DNA from: Thermoanaerobaculia bacterium
GTDB lineage: Bacteria; Acidobacteriota; Thermoanaerobaculia; UBA5066
Assembly (NCBI GenBank): GCA_046331465.1
Contig: JAXLQV010000003.1
Location: 1,472,420-1,536,419 of the forward strand
DNA length: 64,000 bases
Reading direction: 5' to 3'
In this document: positions 18,707 to 28,549 of the stretch, piece after piece
How the letters are laid out: each line of letters begins with the position of its first letter
How positions within the stretch are numbered: the first letter of the stretch is position 1
Program-made: the position numbers and the translations under genes
Notes under the pieces: model-generated
What the model saw: only the letters and a program-made list of their open reading frames with translations
What the model was told of the DNA's origin: nothing
The model's database searches: none

Positions 18707-19870
18707 ATGATTCTGTTCGAGGACGAGGGGAGCACCGTGCCGGCGATCACGATGACCGAGGACGTCACGAACCCGGCGCGCATCAAGGTCGTCGGAGTCG
18801 GCGGGGGCGGCGGGAACGCCGTGAACCGGATGATCCAGGCGGGCATCCGGGGCGTCGACTTCATCGCCGCGAACACGGACCTTCAGGTCCTCAAGGTGAA
18901 CCGGGCGGCGCAGAAGATCCAGCTCGGCCTCGCGACCTCGAAGGGGATGGGGGCGGGCTCGAACCCCGAGATCGGCCGGACGGCCGCGCTCGAGGACGCC
19001 GAGCGGATCGCCGAGGCGCTCTCCGGCTCGGACATGGTCTTCGTGACCGCCGGCATGGGCGGCGGCACCGGGACGGGCGCGGCGCCGGTCGTCGCGAAGA
19101 TCGCGTCGGAAGCCGGGGCTCTCGTCGTCGCGATCGTCTCGAAGCCCTTCGCGTTCGAGGGGCGGAGGAAGCTCCGCTTCGCCGAGGAGGGGATCGCCGA
19201 GCTGCGCGAGTACGTCGACACGCTCATCACGATCCCGAACGAGCGGCTCTACGCCTTCGTCGACCGGAACATCACCGCGTGGGAGGCGTTCAAGATCGCC
19301 GACGACGTCCTCCGCCAGGCCGTGCAGGGGATCAGCGACCTGATCACGGTCCCCGGCTACGTGAACGTCGACTTCGCCGACGTGAAGACGGTGATGGAGA
19401 ACATGGGGATGGCGCTCATGGGGACCGGCACGGCGACGGGCGAGCACCGCGCCGTCGAGGCGGCCCAGAAGGCGATCTCGAACCCGCTCCTCGAGGAGCA
19501 GTCGATCCAGGGCGCCCGCGCGATCCTCATCAACGTCACGGGCGGCGAGGACCTGACGCTCGCCGAGTTCAACGAGGCGTGCCAGATCGTCCAGCAGGCC
19601 GCCGACGACGACGCGAACATCATCTTCGGCCTCGTCCAGGACGGCGGCATGAAGGAGCAGGTGAAGGTGAGCGTCATCGCGACCGGCTTCGACGCCCCCG
19701 TCGCCGCCGCGCGGCGCGTCGCGGTCCAGTCGACGAGCCGGGCCCCGATCGCGCTCCCCGAGGAGCCGCTCCCCGAGGACCACGGATACGGCGTCAATCT
19801 CGTGAACGTGAGGTCGCCGAAGGACGACATCTTCGACATCCCGACGTTCCTGCGCCGCCAGATGGACTGA
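18707..19870 (+). CDS. ftsZ: Cell division GTPase FtsZ
   Basis: [11 protein letters not shown] tubulin signature, NTDLQ; GGAGG RBS. Confidence 0.95.
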   Translation: MILFEDEGSTVPAITMTEDVTNPARIKVVGVGGGGGNAVNRMIQAGIRGVDFIAANTDLQVLKVNRAAQKIQLGLATSKGMGAGSNPEIGRTAALEDAERIAEALSGSDMVFVTAGMGGGTGTGAAPVVAKIASEAGALVVAIVSKPFAFEGRRKLRFAEEGIAELREYVDTLITIPNERLYAFVDRNITAWEAFKIADDVLRQAVQGISDLITVPGYVNVDFADVKTVMENMGMALMGTGTATGEHRAVEAAQKAISNPLLEEQSIQGARAILINVTGGEDLTLAEFNEACQIVQQAADDDANIIFGLVQDGGMKEQVKVSVIATGFDAPVAAARRVAVQSTSRAPIALPEEPLPEDHGYGVNLVNVRSPKDDIFDIPTFLRRQMD

Positions 19871-19891
19871 CCGGGCTCCGCCCCGTCCCCG

Positions 19892-20221
19892 TCAGCCCGG
19901 GTCGGCCGGAGGCGGGGCGGGGCGGGTGCCGTTTTGCGGCCGGCGGCGGCTTCGCTGCCAGGCGCGCAGCCTCAGCCAGGTCCCTTCCACGCGCGGGTGC
20001 CGCTGCCGCCACCGGCGGACCTTCCTCTGGAACCAGCGGCTCTCGACGTAGAGGATCGCCACCCCCGCGACGCCGAAGGGCCACCCCTGGATGAAGGGGA
20101 GGAGGCCCCCGACGACCCCGAGGCCGAGGAGCGCCCAGCCGAGCGTGAGGAGGGCGAGCCTCACGAGGTGGTGGCGGCGCCGGGCGAGGCCGCGCCCGTT
20201 CGGCGGGGCCGGCGCGGTCAC
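19892..20221 (-). CDS. Small PGPGW-family transmembrane protein
   Basis: LLPFIQGWPFGVAGVAILYVESRWFQRKV resembles PGPGW membrane-protein family; GTGA overlap with upstream exonuclease gene. Confidence 0.5.
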   Translation of the reverse strand: MTAPAPPNGRGLARRRHHLVRLALLTLGWALLGLGVVGGLLPFIQGWPFGVAGVAILYVESRWFQRKVRRWRQRHPRVEGTWLRLRAWQRSRRRPQNGTRPAPPPADPG

Positions 20222-21033
20222 TTCCGGGCCGGGAAGCGCCCTTCGCGGGCCTCGCGGACGATCCGCTTCGCCTCCTCGGGGAAGTCGGCCTCGAGCATCC
20301 AGTCGAGGTACTCCGGGTTCTTCCCGGCGACGGCCTCGAGGGTCTGCCCCCGCTTGGCCCCGAAGTTGAAGACGGCCGAGCCGTCCCTCCAGACGAAGCG
20401 CTTGTCGACGTCGACCCAGCGCCCCTCGACCGGGGCCGTGAAGGCCGCGAGGGCGTCGATGCCGCGCGGGAGGTCGGCGTAGCGCTTCAGCTGCCCGGCG
20501 AGGACCTCGGCGGCGGCGATCGTGTCGGCGAGGGCCGAGTGGGCCCCCTCGTGCTCGCGCCCGACGAACGTCCGGACGGCCGCGGTGAGGTCGCGCGGCT
20601 CCTTGCGGAAGTAGATGACCTGGGCGTCGACGACCCGGCGGCCGTCGAAGGAGAAGGCGACCTTCACCCGCTCGAACTCGCGCGCCAGGAGCGGGATGTC
20701 GAAGCCGCGGAGGTTGTAGCCCGCGAGGTCGCACCCCTCGAGGAAGGCGGCGAGGCGCGGCGCGACGTCGGAGAACGGCGGGGCGTCGGCGACGTCCGCG
20801 TCGGTGATGCCGTGGACCGCGGTCGCCTCGCGCGGGATCTTCACGCCGGGATTCACGCGGGTCTCGAACGTCGCGAGGCTCCCGTCGGGGGAGACCTTCA
20901 GCGCGGCGACCTCGACGATCCGGTCGGTGAGGCGGTCGGGGCCGGTCGTCTCGAGATCGAAGACGGCGAGAGGGGCGCCGCCGCAGAGGGACCGGAGGGC
21001 CTCGAGGGCCTCGGGGGGGAGAAGTTCTGTCAC
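20218..21033 (-). CDS. DnaQ-like (DEDDh) 3'-5' exonuclease with C-terminal extension
   Basis: AVFDLETTG...VHGITDADV...HSALADTIAAAEV exo I/II/III motifs. Confidence 0.75.
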   Translation of the reverse strand: MTELLPPEALEALRSLCGGAPLAVFDLETTGPDRLTDRIVEVAALKVSPDGSLATFETRVNPGVKIPREATAVHGITDADVADAPPFSDVAPRLAAFLEGCDLAGYNLRGFDIPLLAREFERVKVAFSFDGRRVVDAQVIYFRKEPRDLTAAVRTFVGREHEGAHSALADTIAAAEVLAGQLKRYADLPRGIDALAAFTAPVEGRWVDVDKRFVWRDGSAVFNFGAKRGQTLEAVAGKNPEYLDWMLEADFPEEAKRIVREAREGRFPARK

Positions 21034-21761
21034 GCCGGGATCATCTCAGACGCCGGCGCCGCGAACGCCCAGGCCGTTCCTGGGGGGGCGCCGGGAGGGT
21101 CCTGCCACGTGACGCGCACGGCGCGGAGGAGGACCGGGCCGGACGGGTCGGCCCCGGGGTCGTAGAGCGGGTCGTTCCGGAGCGGGTGGCCGACCGCCGC
21201 GAGGTGGACCCGGAGCTGGTGCATCCGGCCGGTCCCGGGCGAGAGCTCGAGGAGGGCGCCGTCTTCCCGCACCTCGAGGAGACGCCAGCCGGTCGAGGCG
21301 GGGCGGCCGGCCGGGTGCGCCGCGCAGCGGGCGGGGGGTGGGACGGGCGGGATCCCGGGAAGCGGCTCGCCGCGGAGGAGGCGCGCCGCGCGGTCGGGTC
21401 CGTAGGCGGCGCGGAGCGCACGCTCGAGCAGCCAGGGGCGCCCCGTCCGATGCTCGAGGAGCGGGAGGTCGATCGTCCCCTCGGGCGCGGAGGGGACGCC
21501 GCGGACGAGGCCGACGTAGAGCTTCGTCACCTGCGTCGGCCAGGCGGCGTGCGCGGCGCGGAGCGCCTCCTCGCCGCGCGCGAGGAGGAGGACGCCGGAC
21601 GTGATCCGGTCGAGGCGGTGGACGAGGTGGAGGTCGGGCCCGAGCGCCGCCCGCGCCTCCTCGAGGAGACCTCCCGGGCCGTGCGCCGGCTGCCCCGCCT
21701 CCTTGTCGAACGCGAGGTACCCCCCCGCGCCGGGCGGGACGGGGAGCGGCCGGAGCGTCAC
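21030..21761 (-). CDS. RluA-family pseudouridine synthase
   Basis: HRLDRITSGVLLLAR catalytic Asp motif, KLYVGLVRG, MHQLRVH; 4-nt overlaps with flanking genes. Confidence 0.75.
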   Translation of the reverse strand: MTLRPLPVPPGAGGYLAFDKEAGQPAHGPGGLLEEARAALGPDLHLVHRLDRITSGVLLLARGEEALRAAHAAWPTQVTKLYVGLVRGVPSAPEGTIDLPLLEHRTGRPWLLERALRAAYGPDRAARLLRGEPLPGIPPVPPPARCAAHPAGRPASTGWRLLEVREDGALLELSPGTGRMHQLRVHLAAVGHPLRNDPLYDPGADPSGPVLLRAVRVTWQDPPGAPPGTAWAFAAPASEMIPA

Positions 21762-22036
21762 GCCGTCCGCGTTCGGAAGCGGAGCGCCGAGACGAGGACG
21801 GCGAGGTTCCCCGCGAGGTTCGCCGACATCCCGAGGACGATCTCGAGGAGGCCGAAGCGGACGCCGTAGGTGAGCCAGATGACCTGGCCGAGGAGGAAGA
21901 GGAGGTAAGTGACGACGGAGACGTCGTCGCTCGACCGCCTCTTCCAGATCCGGACCGCCTGGGGGACGTAGGCCGCGCCGCTTCCGACGCCGACGGCGCC
22001 GACGAGGACCTTGAGGACGGAGTCGAAGGTCTCCAT
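21758..22036 (-). CDS. SemiSWEET / PQ-loop small transporter (3 TM)
   Basis: 92 aa, AAYVPQAVRIWKRRSSDDVS PQ-loop motif. Confidence 0.55.
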   Translation of the reverse strand: METFDSVLKVLVGAVGVGSGAAYVPQAVRIWKRRSSDDVSVVTYLLFLLGQVIWLTYGVRFGLLEIVLGMSANLAGNLAVLVSALRFRTRTA

Positions 22037-22096
22037 GCAGCGGGGAGCCTAGCAGGGCGCGAGGCACCCGGCCGGGCGGGGTCCTACAATGGGGCC

Positions 22097-22459
22097 GTGA
22101 GGCCGCGTCCGCTCCTCGCCGCACTGCTCCTCGCCTCCGTGCCCCTCGCGGCCCGCGCGGCGGAGCTGTACGGGCGGCCGCTCCGCGGCCTGACGGCAGT
22201 CCCGATCGCCGAGCTCGCGAGGAAGGCGCCGGAGTACGACGGGAAGACGATCCGCGCGCGCGGGCAGCTCCGGTCGGAGGGGGGGGCGTTCCACCTCGCC
22301 GACGGCGGAGCGTCGATCCGGCTCGTCCTGCGCGACGCGGGCGCGGCGCTCCCGGGCGACGCGTCGGGCGCTTCGGCGACCGCGGAGGGGACCTTCCGGG
22401 CGAAGGGGCCGGGCGGCGGCCCCGCGCTCGAGGCGTCGGGCGTCGAGCTGACGCGCTGA
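22097..22459 (+). CDS. Small secreted protein (signal peptide), unknown function
   Basis: N-terminal RPRPLLAALLLASVPLAARAA signal; TACAAT -10 box only ~6 nt from GTG (possibly leaderless). Confidence 0.45.
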   Translation: MRPRPLLAALLLASVPLAARAAELYGRPLRGLTAVPIAELARKAPEYDGKTIRARGQLRSEGGAFHLADGGASIRLVLRDAGAALPGDASGASATAEGTFRAKGPGGGPALEASGVELTR

Positions 22460-22549
22460 CCGCCCGGACCGGCGTTTCGGCGCCGCGCTTCCGCACCGCT
22501 CCGGCGGCGAACGACCCGTTGCGGAAAAGTCCGTAAACTCCACGGCGAC

Positions 22550-24046
22550 ATGCGCCTCGGCGTCGACTTTGGGACGACCCACACGGTGGTGACGATGGTC
22601 GACCGCGGGAACTACCCCGTGGTCGCCTTCGAGGGGGGCGACCCCTACCCGTCGCTCGCCGCCCTCCTGCCGTCGGGCGAGCTCCGGTACGGCTTCGACG
22701 CGGCGGCGGTGCGGCACGAGCACGGCGTCCGCCCGGTCCGCTCGTTCAAGCGGCTCCTCGCCGACGCCGGGCCGCGCGCGGCGGTCGAGATCGGCGGCGC
22801 TCCCGTCCTCCTCCTCGACCTCCTCACGGGGTTCCTCTCGAAGGTCCGGGAGGACCTCCTCGCGCGCTCGAACGCCGGGGTCGCGGAAGGCGAGCCGCTC
22901 GAGGCGGCGATCTCGGTCCCCGCGAACTCCTCGAGCGCGCAGCGATTCCTGACCCTCGAGGCGTTCCGGGCGGCCGGCTTCGCCCCCGTCGCCCTCCTGA
23001 ACGAGCCCTCGGCGGCCGGCTTCGAGTACGCGCACCGCTTCCGCTCGACGATCACCTCGCGGCGCGAGCACGTCCTCGTCTACGACCTCGGGGGCGGGAC
23101 GTTCGACGCCTCGCTCCTCCGGATGACGGGGAAGACGAACGAGGTCGTCACGAGCGAGGGGGTCCGCCGACTCGGGGGGGACGACTTCGACGAGGCGATC
23201 CTCGACGCCGTCCTCGCGAGGGCGGGCGCGGCCCCGCCCGACGCCGAGACGCGCGACCTCCTCCTCGAGGAGTGCGCGCGGCAGAAGGAGGCGGCCGGGC
23301 CGAACACGCGGAAGCTCGTCCTCGACCTGGCGCCCCTCGACCTGCCGCCGATCGCCCTGCCGATCGAGGAGGTCTGGGAGGCCTGCGCCCCCCTCGTCGA
23401 GCGGACGATCGCCGCGACGGAGCCGGTCCTCGCGGCGGCGGAGGTCGGGGAAGGAGAGCTCGCCGGCGTCTACGTCGTCGGCGGCGCAGGGGCGTTCCCG
23501 CTCGTCGGGAGGCGGCTCCGCGAGCGGTTCGGGGAGAAGAGGGTGAAGCGATCTCCGCACCCCTTCGCCGCGACGGCGGTCGGCCTCGCTCTCTTCCTCG
23601 ACACGGAGGCGGGCTTCACGCTCGCCGACCGGCTGACGCGGCACTTCGGCGTCTTCCGCGAGGCGGAGGCCGGCGACGAGGTCGTCTTCGACCCGATCTT
23701 CCCGAAGGACCTCGCCGTCCCGGCGCCGGGCGGGGCCCCGCTCACCGCGGTGCGCCGCTACCGCGCCGCGCACGACGTGGGGCACTTCCGCTTCGTCGAG
23801 TGCAGCCGCATCGTCGAGGGGCGTCCCGACGGCGACGTCACCCCCGGCCCCGACGTCAGGTTCCCCTTCCTCCCGTCGCTCCGCGGCGCGCGCCTGGACG
23901 GCGTGGCCGTCCGGAGGCTCGACGGGCCCGGCCCCGAGGTGGAGGAGGTCTACTCCTGCACCGACGGGGGCGCGGTGGAGGTGACGATCCGGGTCCCGTC
24001 CGACGGCTTCTCGGAGACGTTCCGCCTCGGCCGGGTCGGCCTCTGA
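22550..24046 (+). CDS. Non-canonical Hsp70-family (actin-like ATPase) protein, ~500 aa
   Basis: GVDFGTTHTVV, LNEPSAAG, VYDLGGGTFDASLL Hsp70 phosphate/adenosine motifs but truncated substrate-binding region. Confidence 0.7.
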   Translation: MRLGVDFGTTHTVVTMVDRGNYPVVAFEGGDPYPSLAALLPSGELRYGFDAAAVRHEHGVRPVRSFKRLLADAGPRAAVEIGGAPVLLLDLLTGFLSKVREDLLARSNAGVAEGEPLEAAISVPANSSSAQRFLTLEAFRAAGFAPVALLNEPSAAGFEYAHRFRSTITSRREHVLVYDLGGGTFDASLLRMTGKTNEVVTSEGVRRLGGDDFDEAILDAVLARAGAAPPDAETRDLLLEECARQKEAAGPNTRKLVLDLAPLDLPPIALPIEEVWEACAPLVERTIAATEPVLAAAEVGEGELAGVYVVGGAGAFPLVGRRLRERFGEKRVKRSPHPFAATAVGLALFLDTEAGFTLADRLTRHFGVFREAEAGDEVVFDPIFPKDLAVPAPGGAPLTAVRRYRAAHDVGHFRFVECSRIVEGRPDGDVTPGPDVRFPFLPSLRGARLDGVAVRRLDGPGPEVEEVYSCTDGGAVEVTIRVPSDGFSETFRLGRVGL

Positions 24047-24156
24047 CCGCGGCTCGCCGACGCCCGGCGTCGGTTCGCCGAATCGGGCGGGCGGAATCGC
24101 CCCCCGGCGCGTAACTTCGGTCAGAGGCTCCCCCGCGGGGAGCGCGGAGGCAGGCC

Positions 24157-24876
24157 ATGAACGTGAAAGACCCGAGATTCCCGGCCGCGGCGGGCGCGGT
24201 CCGCCTCGTCTTCGGCATCCTCGTCATCGTCGCGGGACTCCTCTTCACCCTCGACAACTTCGGCCTCGTCTCGGCGCGGTTCCTCCTCCGCCTCTGGCCG
24301 GCCGCGCTCGTGGCGGTCGGCCTGACGAAGGCGCTCCAGAGGAAGGGCTTCTGGAACGGCTTCTGGGGGTGGGTCCTCGCCCTCGCCGGGACGCTCCTCC
24401 TCCTCGACAACCTGAACGTCCTCCGCTTCCCGGTCTGGAAGCTGACGCCGCTCATCCTCGTGGCGCTCGGCATCCGGCTCGTGCAGAAGGCGGGGGGAAG
24501 GACGTTCCCCGATCGGACCGTCGAGAACCGGACGGCGGCGACGCTCGACGAGACGGCGATCTTCGGCGGCTGGGACCGCTCGATCACGACGAACGAGTTC
24601 CTCGGCGGGGAGATCAACGCGCTCTTCGGCGGCTTCGAGCTCGACCTGTCGGCCTGCCGGATCCCCGACGACCAGGCGACGGTCACCGTCTTCGTCGCCT
24701 TCGGGGGAGGAGACATCCGCGTCCCGCGCGACTGGAACGTCGAGGTGCGCGCCTTCGCGATCTTCGGCGGGACCGACGACAAGAGCGCCCACCCCGCCCC
24801 CGAGGGAGACGTTCCGCCGAAGAAGCTCGTCATCGACGGGTTCGTCGTCTTCGGCGGCCTCGACGTGAAGAACTGA
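24157..24876 (+). CDS. LiaF-like membrane protein (N-terminal TM segments + C-terminal DUF2154-like beta domain)
   Basis: Three TM helices then repetitive FGG...DL...V strands as in LiaF C-terminal domain. Confidence 0.5.
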   Translation: MNVKDPRFPAAAGAVRLVFGILVIVAGLLFTLDNFGLVSARFLLRLWPAALVAVGLTKALQRKGFWNGFWGWVLALAGTLLLLDNLNVLRFPVWKLTPLILVALGIRLVQKAGGRTFPDRTVENRTAATLDETAIFGGWDRSITTNEFLGGEINALFGGFELDLSACRIPDDQATVTVFVAFGGGDIRVPRDWNVEVRAFAIFGGTDDKSAHPAPEGDVPPKKLVIDGFVVFGGLDVKN

Positions 24877-24877
24877 C

Positions 24878-25942
24878 GTGCACCCGATCCTGGCTCGCCG
24901 GGAGAGGCTCCTCGCCTACCTCCTCGCCTGGGTTCCCCTGGCGGCGATCCAGGCGTACCTCCTGGCGCTCCCGGGGAGCCTCTCGCTCGGCGAGGCGGCG
25001 GCGCTCGCGGCGCCGCTCTCCCTCGTCTACGCGTTCCTCTGCCTCTCGTCGTTCTACGCCTGCCGGAACGCGCCGCTCACGCGCGCCCGGACCGCGTCCG
25101 TCCTCGGCGTCCACGGCGTCGGGGCGGTCATCGCGGCCTCGCTCCTGACGCTCGCCGGCTCGACGCTCGCGAGCCTCCTCGGCTCCTTCCCCGTCCTCTC
25201 GACGCTCCCCGAGCGGTTCGGCAAGGCGGTGCCGCCCCTCTTCGTCGTCGGCGTCCTCCTCTACCTCCTCGCCGTGACGTTCCACTACATCCTCCTCTCG
25301 CTCGAGTCGTCCCAGGCGGCCGAGCGGCGGGCGATGGAGGCGCGGGTCCTCGCGCGCGAGGCCGAGCTCGAGGCGCTCAAGGCGCAGCTGAACCCGCACT
25401 TCCTCTTCAACGCGCTCAACTCGGTCAGCGCCCTGACGACGACGGCCCCGGCGCGGGCGCGCGAGATGTGCGTCCTCCTCTCCGACTTCCTCCGGCGGAG
25501 CCTCGCCTCGGGCGAGCGCTCCCTCATCCCGCTCCGCGAGGAGCTCGCCCTCGTCCGCCAGTTCCTCGCCGTCGAGAAGGTCCGCTACGGCCGCCGCCTC
25601 GAGGTCGAGGAGGAGGTGGACGAGTCGCTCCTCTCGGTCGCGGTCCCGCCGCTCCTCCTGCAGCCGCTCGTCGAGAACGCGGTCCGCCACGGCATCGCGA
25701 CGCTGCTCGACGGCGGGACGCTGACGCTCCGGGTGGAGCGGGCCGGGGACGGCGTGAGGGTCGCCGTCGAGAACCCCTACGACCCCGAGGCGGCCGTCTC
25801 CACGGGGAGCGGCCTCGGCCTCTCCATCGTGCGGCGGCGCCTCGCGGCGGCGTGGGGGAGGGCGGCCGAGATCGAGGAGCGGGGGGACGGGAAGCGCTTC
25901 TGCGTGGCCCTCGTCGTCCCGGGGCCGCCGGAGGCGGCGTGA
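24878..25942 (+). CDS. LytS/YehU-family sensor histidine kinase (His_kinase PF06580 type)
   Basis: Membrane N-terminus, NPHFLFNALNSV H-box, HATPase C-terminus. Confidence 0.8.
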   Translation: MHPILARRERLLAYLLAWVPLAAIQAYLLALPGSLSLGEAAALAAPLSLVYAFLCLSSFYACRNAPLTRARTASVLGVHGVGAVIAASLLTLAGSTLASLLGSFPVLSTLPERFGKAVPPLFVVGVLLYLLAVTFHYILLSLESSQAAERRAMEARVLAREAELEALKAQLNPHFLFNALNSVSALTTTAPARAREMCVLLSDFLRRSLASGERSLIPLREELALVRQFLAVEKVRYGRRLEVEEEVDESLLSVAVPPLLLQPLVENAVRHGIATLLDGGTLTLRVERAGDGVRVAVENPYDPEAAVSTGSGLGLSIVRRRLAAAWGRAAEIEERGDGKRFCVALVVPGPPEAA

Positions 25943-26676
25943 CGTTCCGCGTCGTCGTCGTCGACGACGAGGAGCTCGCCCGGGGCGTCGTCCGCGAGCA
26001 CCTCGCCGCGCACCCCGACGTCGCGGTCGTGGCCGAGTGCGCGAACGGCCCCGAGGCGATCGAGGCGGTCGCGGCCCACGCCCCCGACCTCGTCTTCCTC
26101 GACGTCCAGATGCCCCGCCTGACGGGCTTCGAGACGCTCGAGCTCCTCGAGCCGCGGCCCGCCGTCGTCTTCGTGACGGCGTACGACCGGTACGCGGTGA
26201 GGGCGTTCGAGGTGAACGCGGTCGACTACCTCCTGAAGCCCTTCTCGAAGGAGCGCTTCGACGCCGCGCTCGCGCGGGCGCGGGGCCTCGCCGCCTCGGG
26301 GGCGCGGGGGCCCGATCCGGTCGCCCTCGCGGCCGCGGCGCGGCCCGACGGGGCGCCGCCGGAGCGGATCGCGGTCCGCGACGGGACGCGCGTGACGCTC
26401 GTCCGCGTGGACGACGTCGAGTGGGCGAAGGCCGAGGACGACTACGTCCTGATCCGGGCCGGCGGGAGGAGCCACCTGAAGCACCAGGCGCTCGCCGACC
26501 TCGAGCGGCAGCTCCCCGCCGAGCGCTTCGTCCGCGTCCACCGCTCGTGGATCGTGAACGTCGCTCGGCTCGTCTCCCTCGAGGAGGGGAAAGCGGCGCG
26601 GATGGCCGACGGGGAGAGGATCCCGGTCAGCCGGACCGGCGCGGCGCGCCTCCGCGAGCGGCTCCCGAGGGGCTGA
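25939..26676 (+). CDS. LytR/AlgR-family response regulator (REC + LytTR)
   Basis: VVVVDDEELAR...DLVFLDVQMP receiver; C-terminal LytTR-like RVHRSWIVN; GTGA overlap with kinase. Confidence 0.8.
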   Translation: MTFRVVVVDDEELARGVVREHLAAHPDVAVVAECANGPEAIEAVAAHAPDLVFLDVQMPRLTGFETLELLEPRPAVVFVTAYDRYAVRAFEVNAVDYLLKPFSKERFDAALARARGLAASGARGPDPVALAAAARPDGAPPERIAVRDGTRVTLVRVDDVEWAKAEDDYVLIRAGGRSHLKHQALADLERQLPAERFVRVHRSWIVNVARLVSLEEGKAARMADGERIPVSRTGAARLRERLPRG

Positions 26677-26725
26677 CGGGCCCGCCGCCGCAGGCCTGCG
26701 GACGTGGAGCGCCGGAAAGGGAGAC

Positions 26726-26749
26726 GGCCGGCCGCGGATGCGGCCGGCC
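26726..26749. terminator. Perfect palindromic hairpin between convergent genes
   Basis: ggccggccgc-ggat-gcggccggcc. Confidence 0.45.
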
Positions 26750-26782
26750 GTCGGTTCATCCCCTACCCCTTTTCGAGGCGGG

Positions 26783-28192
26783 CTAGACGATCTTCCGGAT
26801 CGCGAGCAGCGCGGCCACGCCGATGAGGACCGCGAGGAGCGCGAGGCCGCGGAACGAAAGGGACGGGATCGCCGCGTCACCGACGACGAGCGCCGTCGGG
26901 TCCTGCCCGCCCGGCCGGCCCGGGTCGTCCGTCAGCGCGGTCGCTTCGTTCGTGCCGTCGCCGTTCGCGTCGTAGGAGATCGAGCCCTGGTTGCTGAGCA
27001 CCAGCCCGGCCGAGCCGAAGCCGATCGTGGCGTGGATCGTGATCGTGACGCTCCCGCCGCCGGGAATCGAGCCGTTCCACGTGACGGTGTTCGTCGCGAC
27101 CGTCGCCAGGGCGGTCCCGGAGGTCGCGCTCGCGCTCACGAGGACGAGCCCCGTCGGGAGGACGTCCGTGAACTCGTCTCCCGGGTTGTCGAGCTGCGCC
27201 GTCGCCGCGCTGTTCGACAGGACCACCGTATATGTGACCGCGCCGCCGGGCGTGAACGAACCGGCGACCGACTTCGTGCCCGTCAGGGTCGCCGGCGACA
27301 GCGACTGGTAGCAGACGATGACCTCGCCGTTGCCCGGCCGGACGTCGTTCTGCGTGCTCCCGCCCGTGACGCCGCTCGTGTCCGAGCTGCCGCCCGCGCC
27401 GCCGCCGCCGCCGCCCTTGTCGTTCCCGCCGCAGCCCGTCGTTCCCGCCGAGCCGGCGCCGCCGCCGCCTCCCTGGACGAATCCGCCGCCGCCTCCTCCT
27501 CCTCCCGACTGGCCGTTGGTACAGCAGCAGGCCTGCCCGTTGCCGCCGTTGGGAACCGTGCCGGGCTGCCCGAGGAAGCCCCCGCAGCCGACCCCTGCGG
27601 CACCGCCGACGCCCAGCGTGCCGCCGAAGCCGCCGCCCCCGGACGGGCTCGTGGCGCCGTTTCCGCCGGGAAGCCCGCCGCCGCCGCCGCCGGCACCACC
27701 GGCCGGGAAGGCGAGGCCGTCGGCCTGGCAGCCGTTCTGGCCGCCGCCGCCGCCGCCGCCCGCCGTCAGGACCCGATTCGCCAGAGCGTTGCCGCCGGCG
27801 CGGACGTCCGAGGCGCCGCCGCCGATCCCGCCGCCGATCGTTCCGCCCGTGCCGGCGCCGTTGAACGTGTTCCCCTGTCCGCCGACGTAGATGTAGAGAG
27901 TCTGTCCGGCCGTGACGGCGAGCGAGCCGGTCGCGTAGCCGCCCAGTCCGCCGACGCCCGCCGCGCTCCCGGTGGCCGCGGCGCCCTGGGCGCCCCACGC
28001 GTGGATCGTGACGGTCGAGGCGTTCGCGGGAACGACGAACTGCTGCTCGGCGCCGGTGAAGGAGAACGTCTGGCTCGTGAATCCTGCCGGGCAGCTGGGC
28101 TGCGCCGCTGCACCCGCCGCGCCGACGACGAGGGCCGCCGCGCCGAACGCCGCGACCCATCCCACTGCACGATCCAGCTCGTCTCGTCTCAT
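26783..28192 (-). CDS. Glycine-rich secreted repeat protein with DUF11-like region and IPTL/PEP-CTERM-like C-terminal sorting signal
   Basis: Signal peptide; long GGxGG tracts; C-terminus IPSLSFRGLALLAVLIGVAALLAIRKIV (motif + TM + basic tail); AAGGAGG RBS. Confidence 0.6.
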   Translation of the reverse strand: MRRDELDRAVGWVAAFGAAALVVGAAGAAAQPSCPAGFTSQTFSFTGAEQQFVVPANASTVTIHAWGAQGAAATGSAAGVGGLGGYATGSLAVTAGQTLYIYVGGQGNTFNGAGTGGTIGGGIGGGASDVRAGGNALANRVLTAGGGGGGGQNGCQADGLAFPAGGAGGGGGGLPGGNGATSPSGGGGFGGTLGVGGAAGVGCGGFLGQPGTVPNGGNGQACCCTNGQSGGGGGGGGFVQGGGGGAGSAGTTGCGGNDKGGGGGGAGGSSDTSGVTGGSTQNDVRPGNGEVIVCYQSLSPATLTGTKSVAGSFTPGGAVTYTVVLSNSAATAQLDNPGDEFTDVLPTGLVLVSASATSGTALATVATNTVTWNGSIPGGGSVTITIHATIGFGSAGLVLSNQGSISYDANGDGTNEATALTDDPGRPGGQDPTALVVGDAAIPSLSFRGLALLAVLIGVAALLAIRKIV

Positions 28193-28549
28193 CCCATCCT
28201 CCTTGCGGCATCCTCGACGCCCGTCGTGCGCGAGCCGCCAGCTGCGAATGCGGCCACCGCACGAGGGAACCTGCGCCCGAATGTCGCGGCGATGATAGCG
28301 GCCCGCAGAGGGAACGAGGAAGCCGATTCCGCCTCCGGCCCCCCCGAAAGGCCCGTCGCCGCCGCGCCTCTCCCGCCCCGTTTCAGGCGAGCCGGAGCCC
28401 CGCCCTGCCTCCCGGTGGATAATCCGCCCGCGCGTCCCCGGAGCGCCCGGAGCGCGTCCCGCGGCTTTCGCGGAGGCTCGGAACGCGCGCCCGGAAGAGG
28501 AGTGCCGCAACGGGCTCCGGGGAGGTCCCGGAGCGAGGAGGGTCCGACG

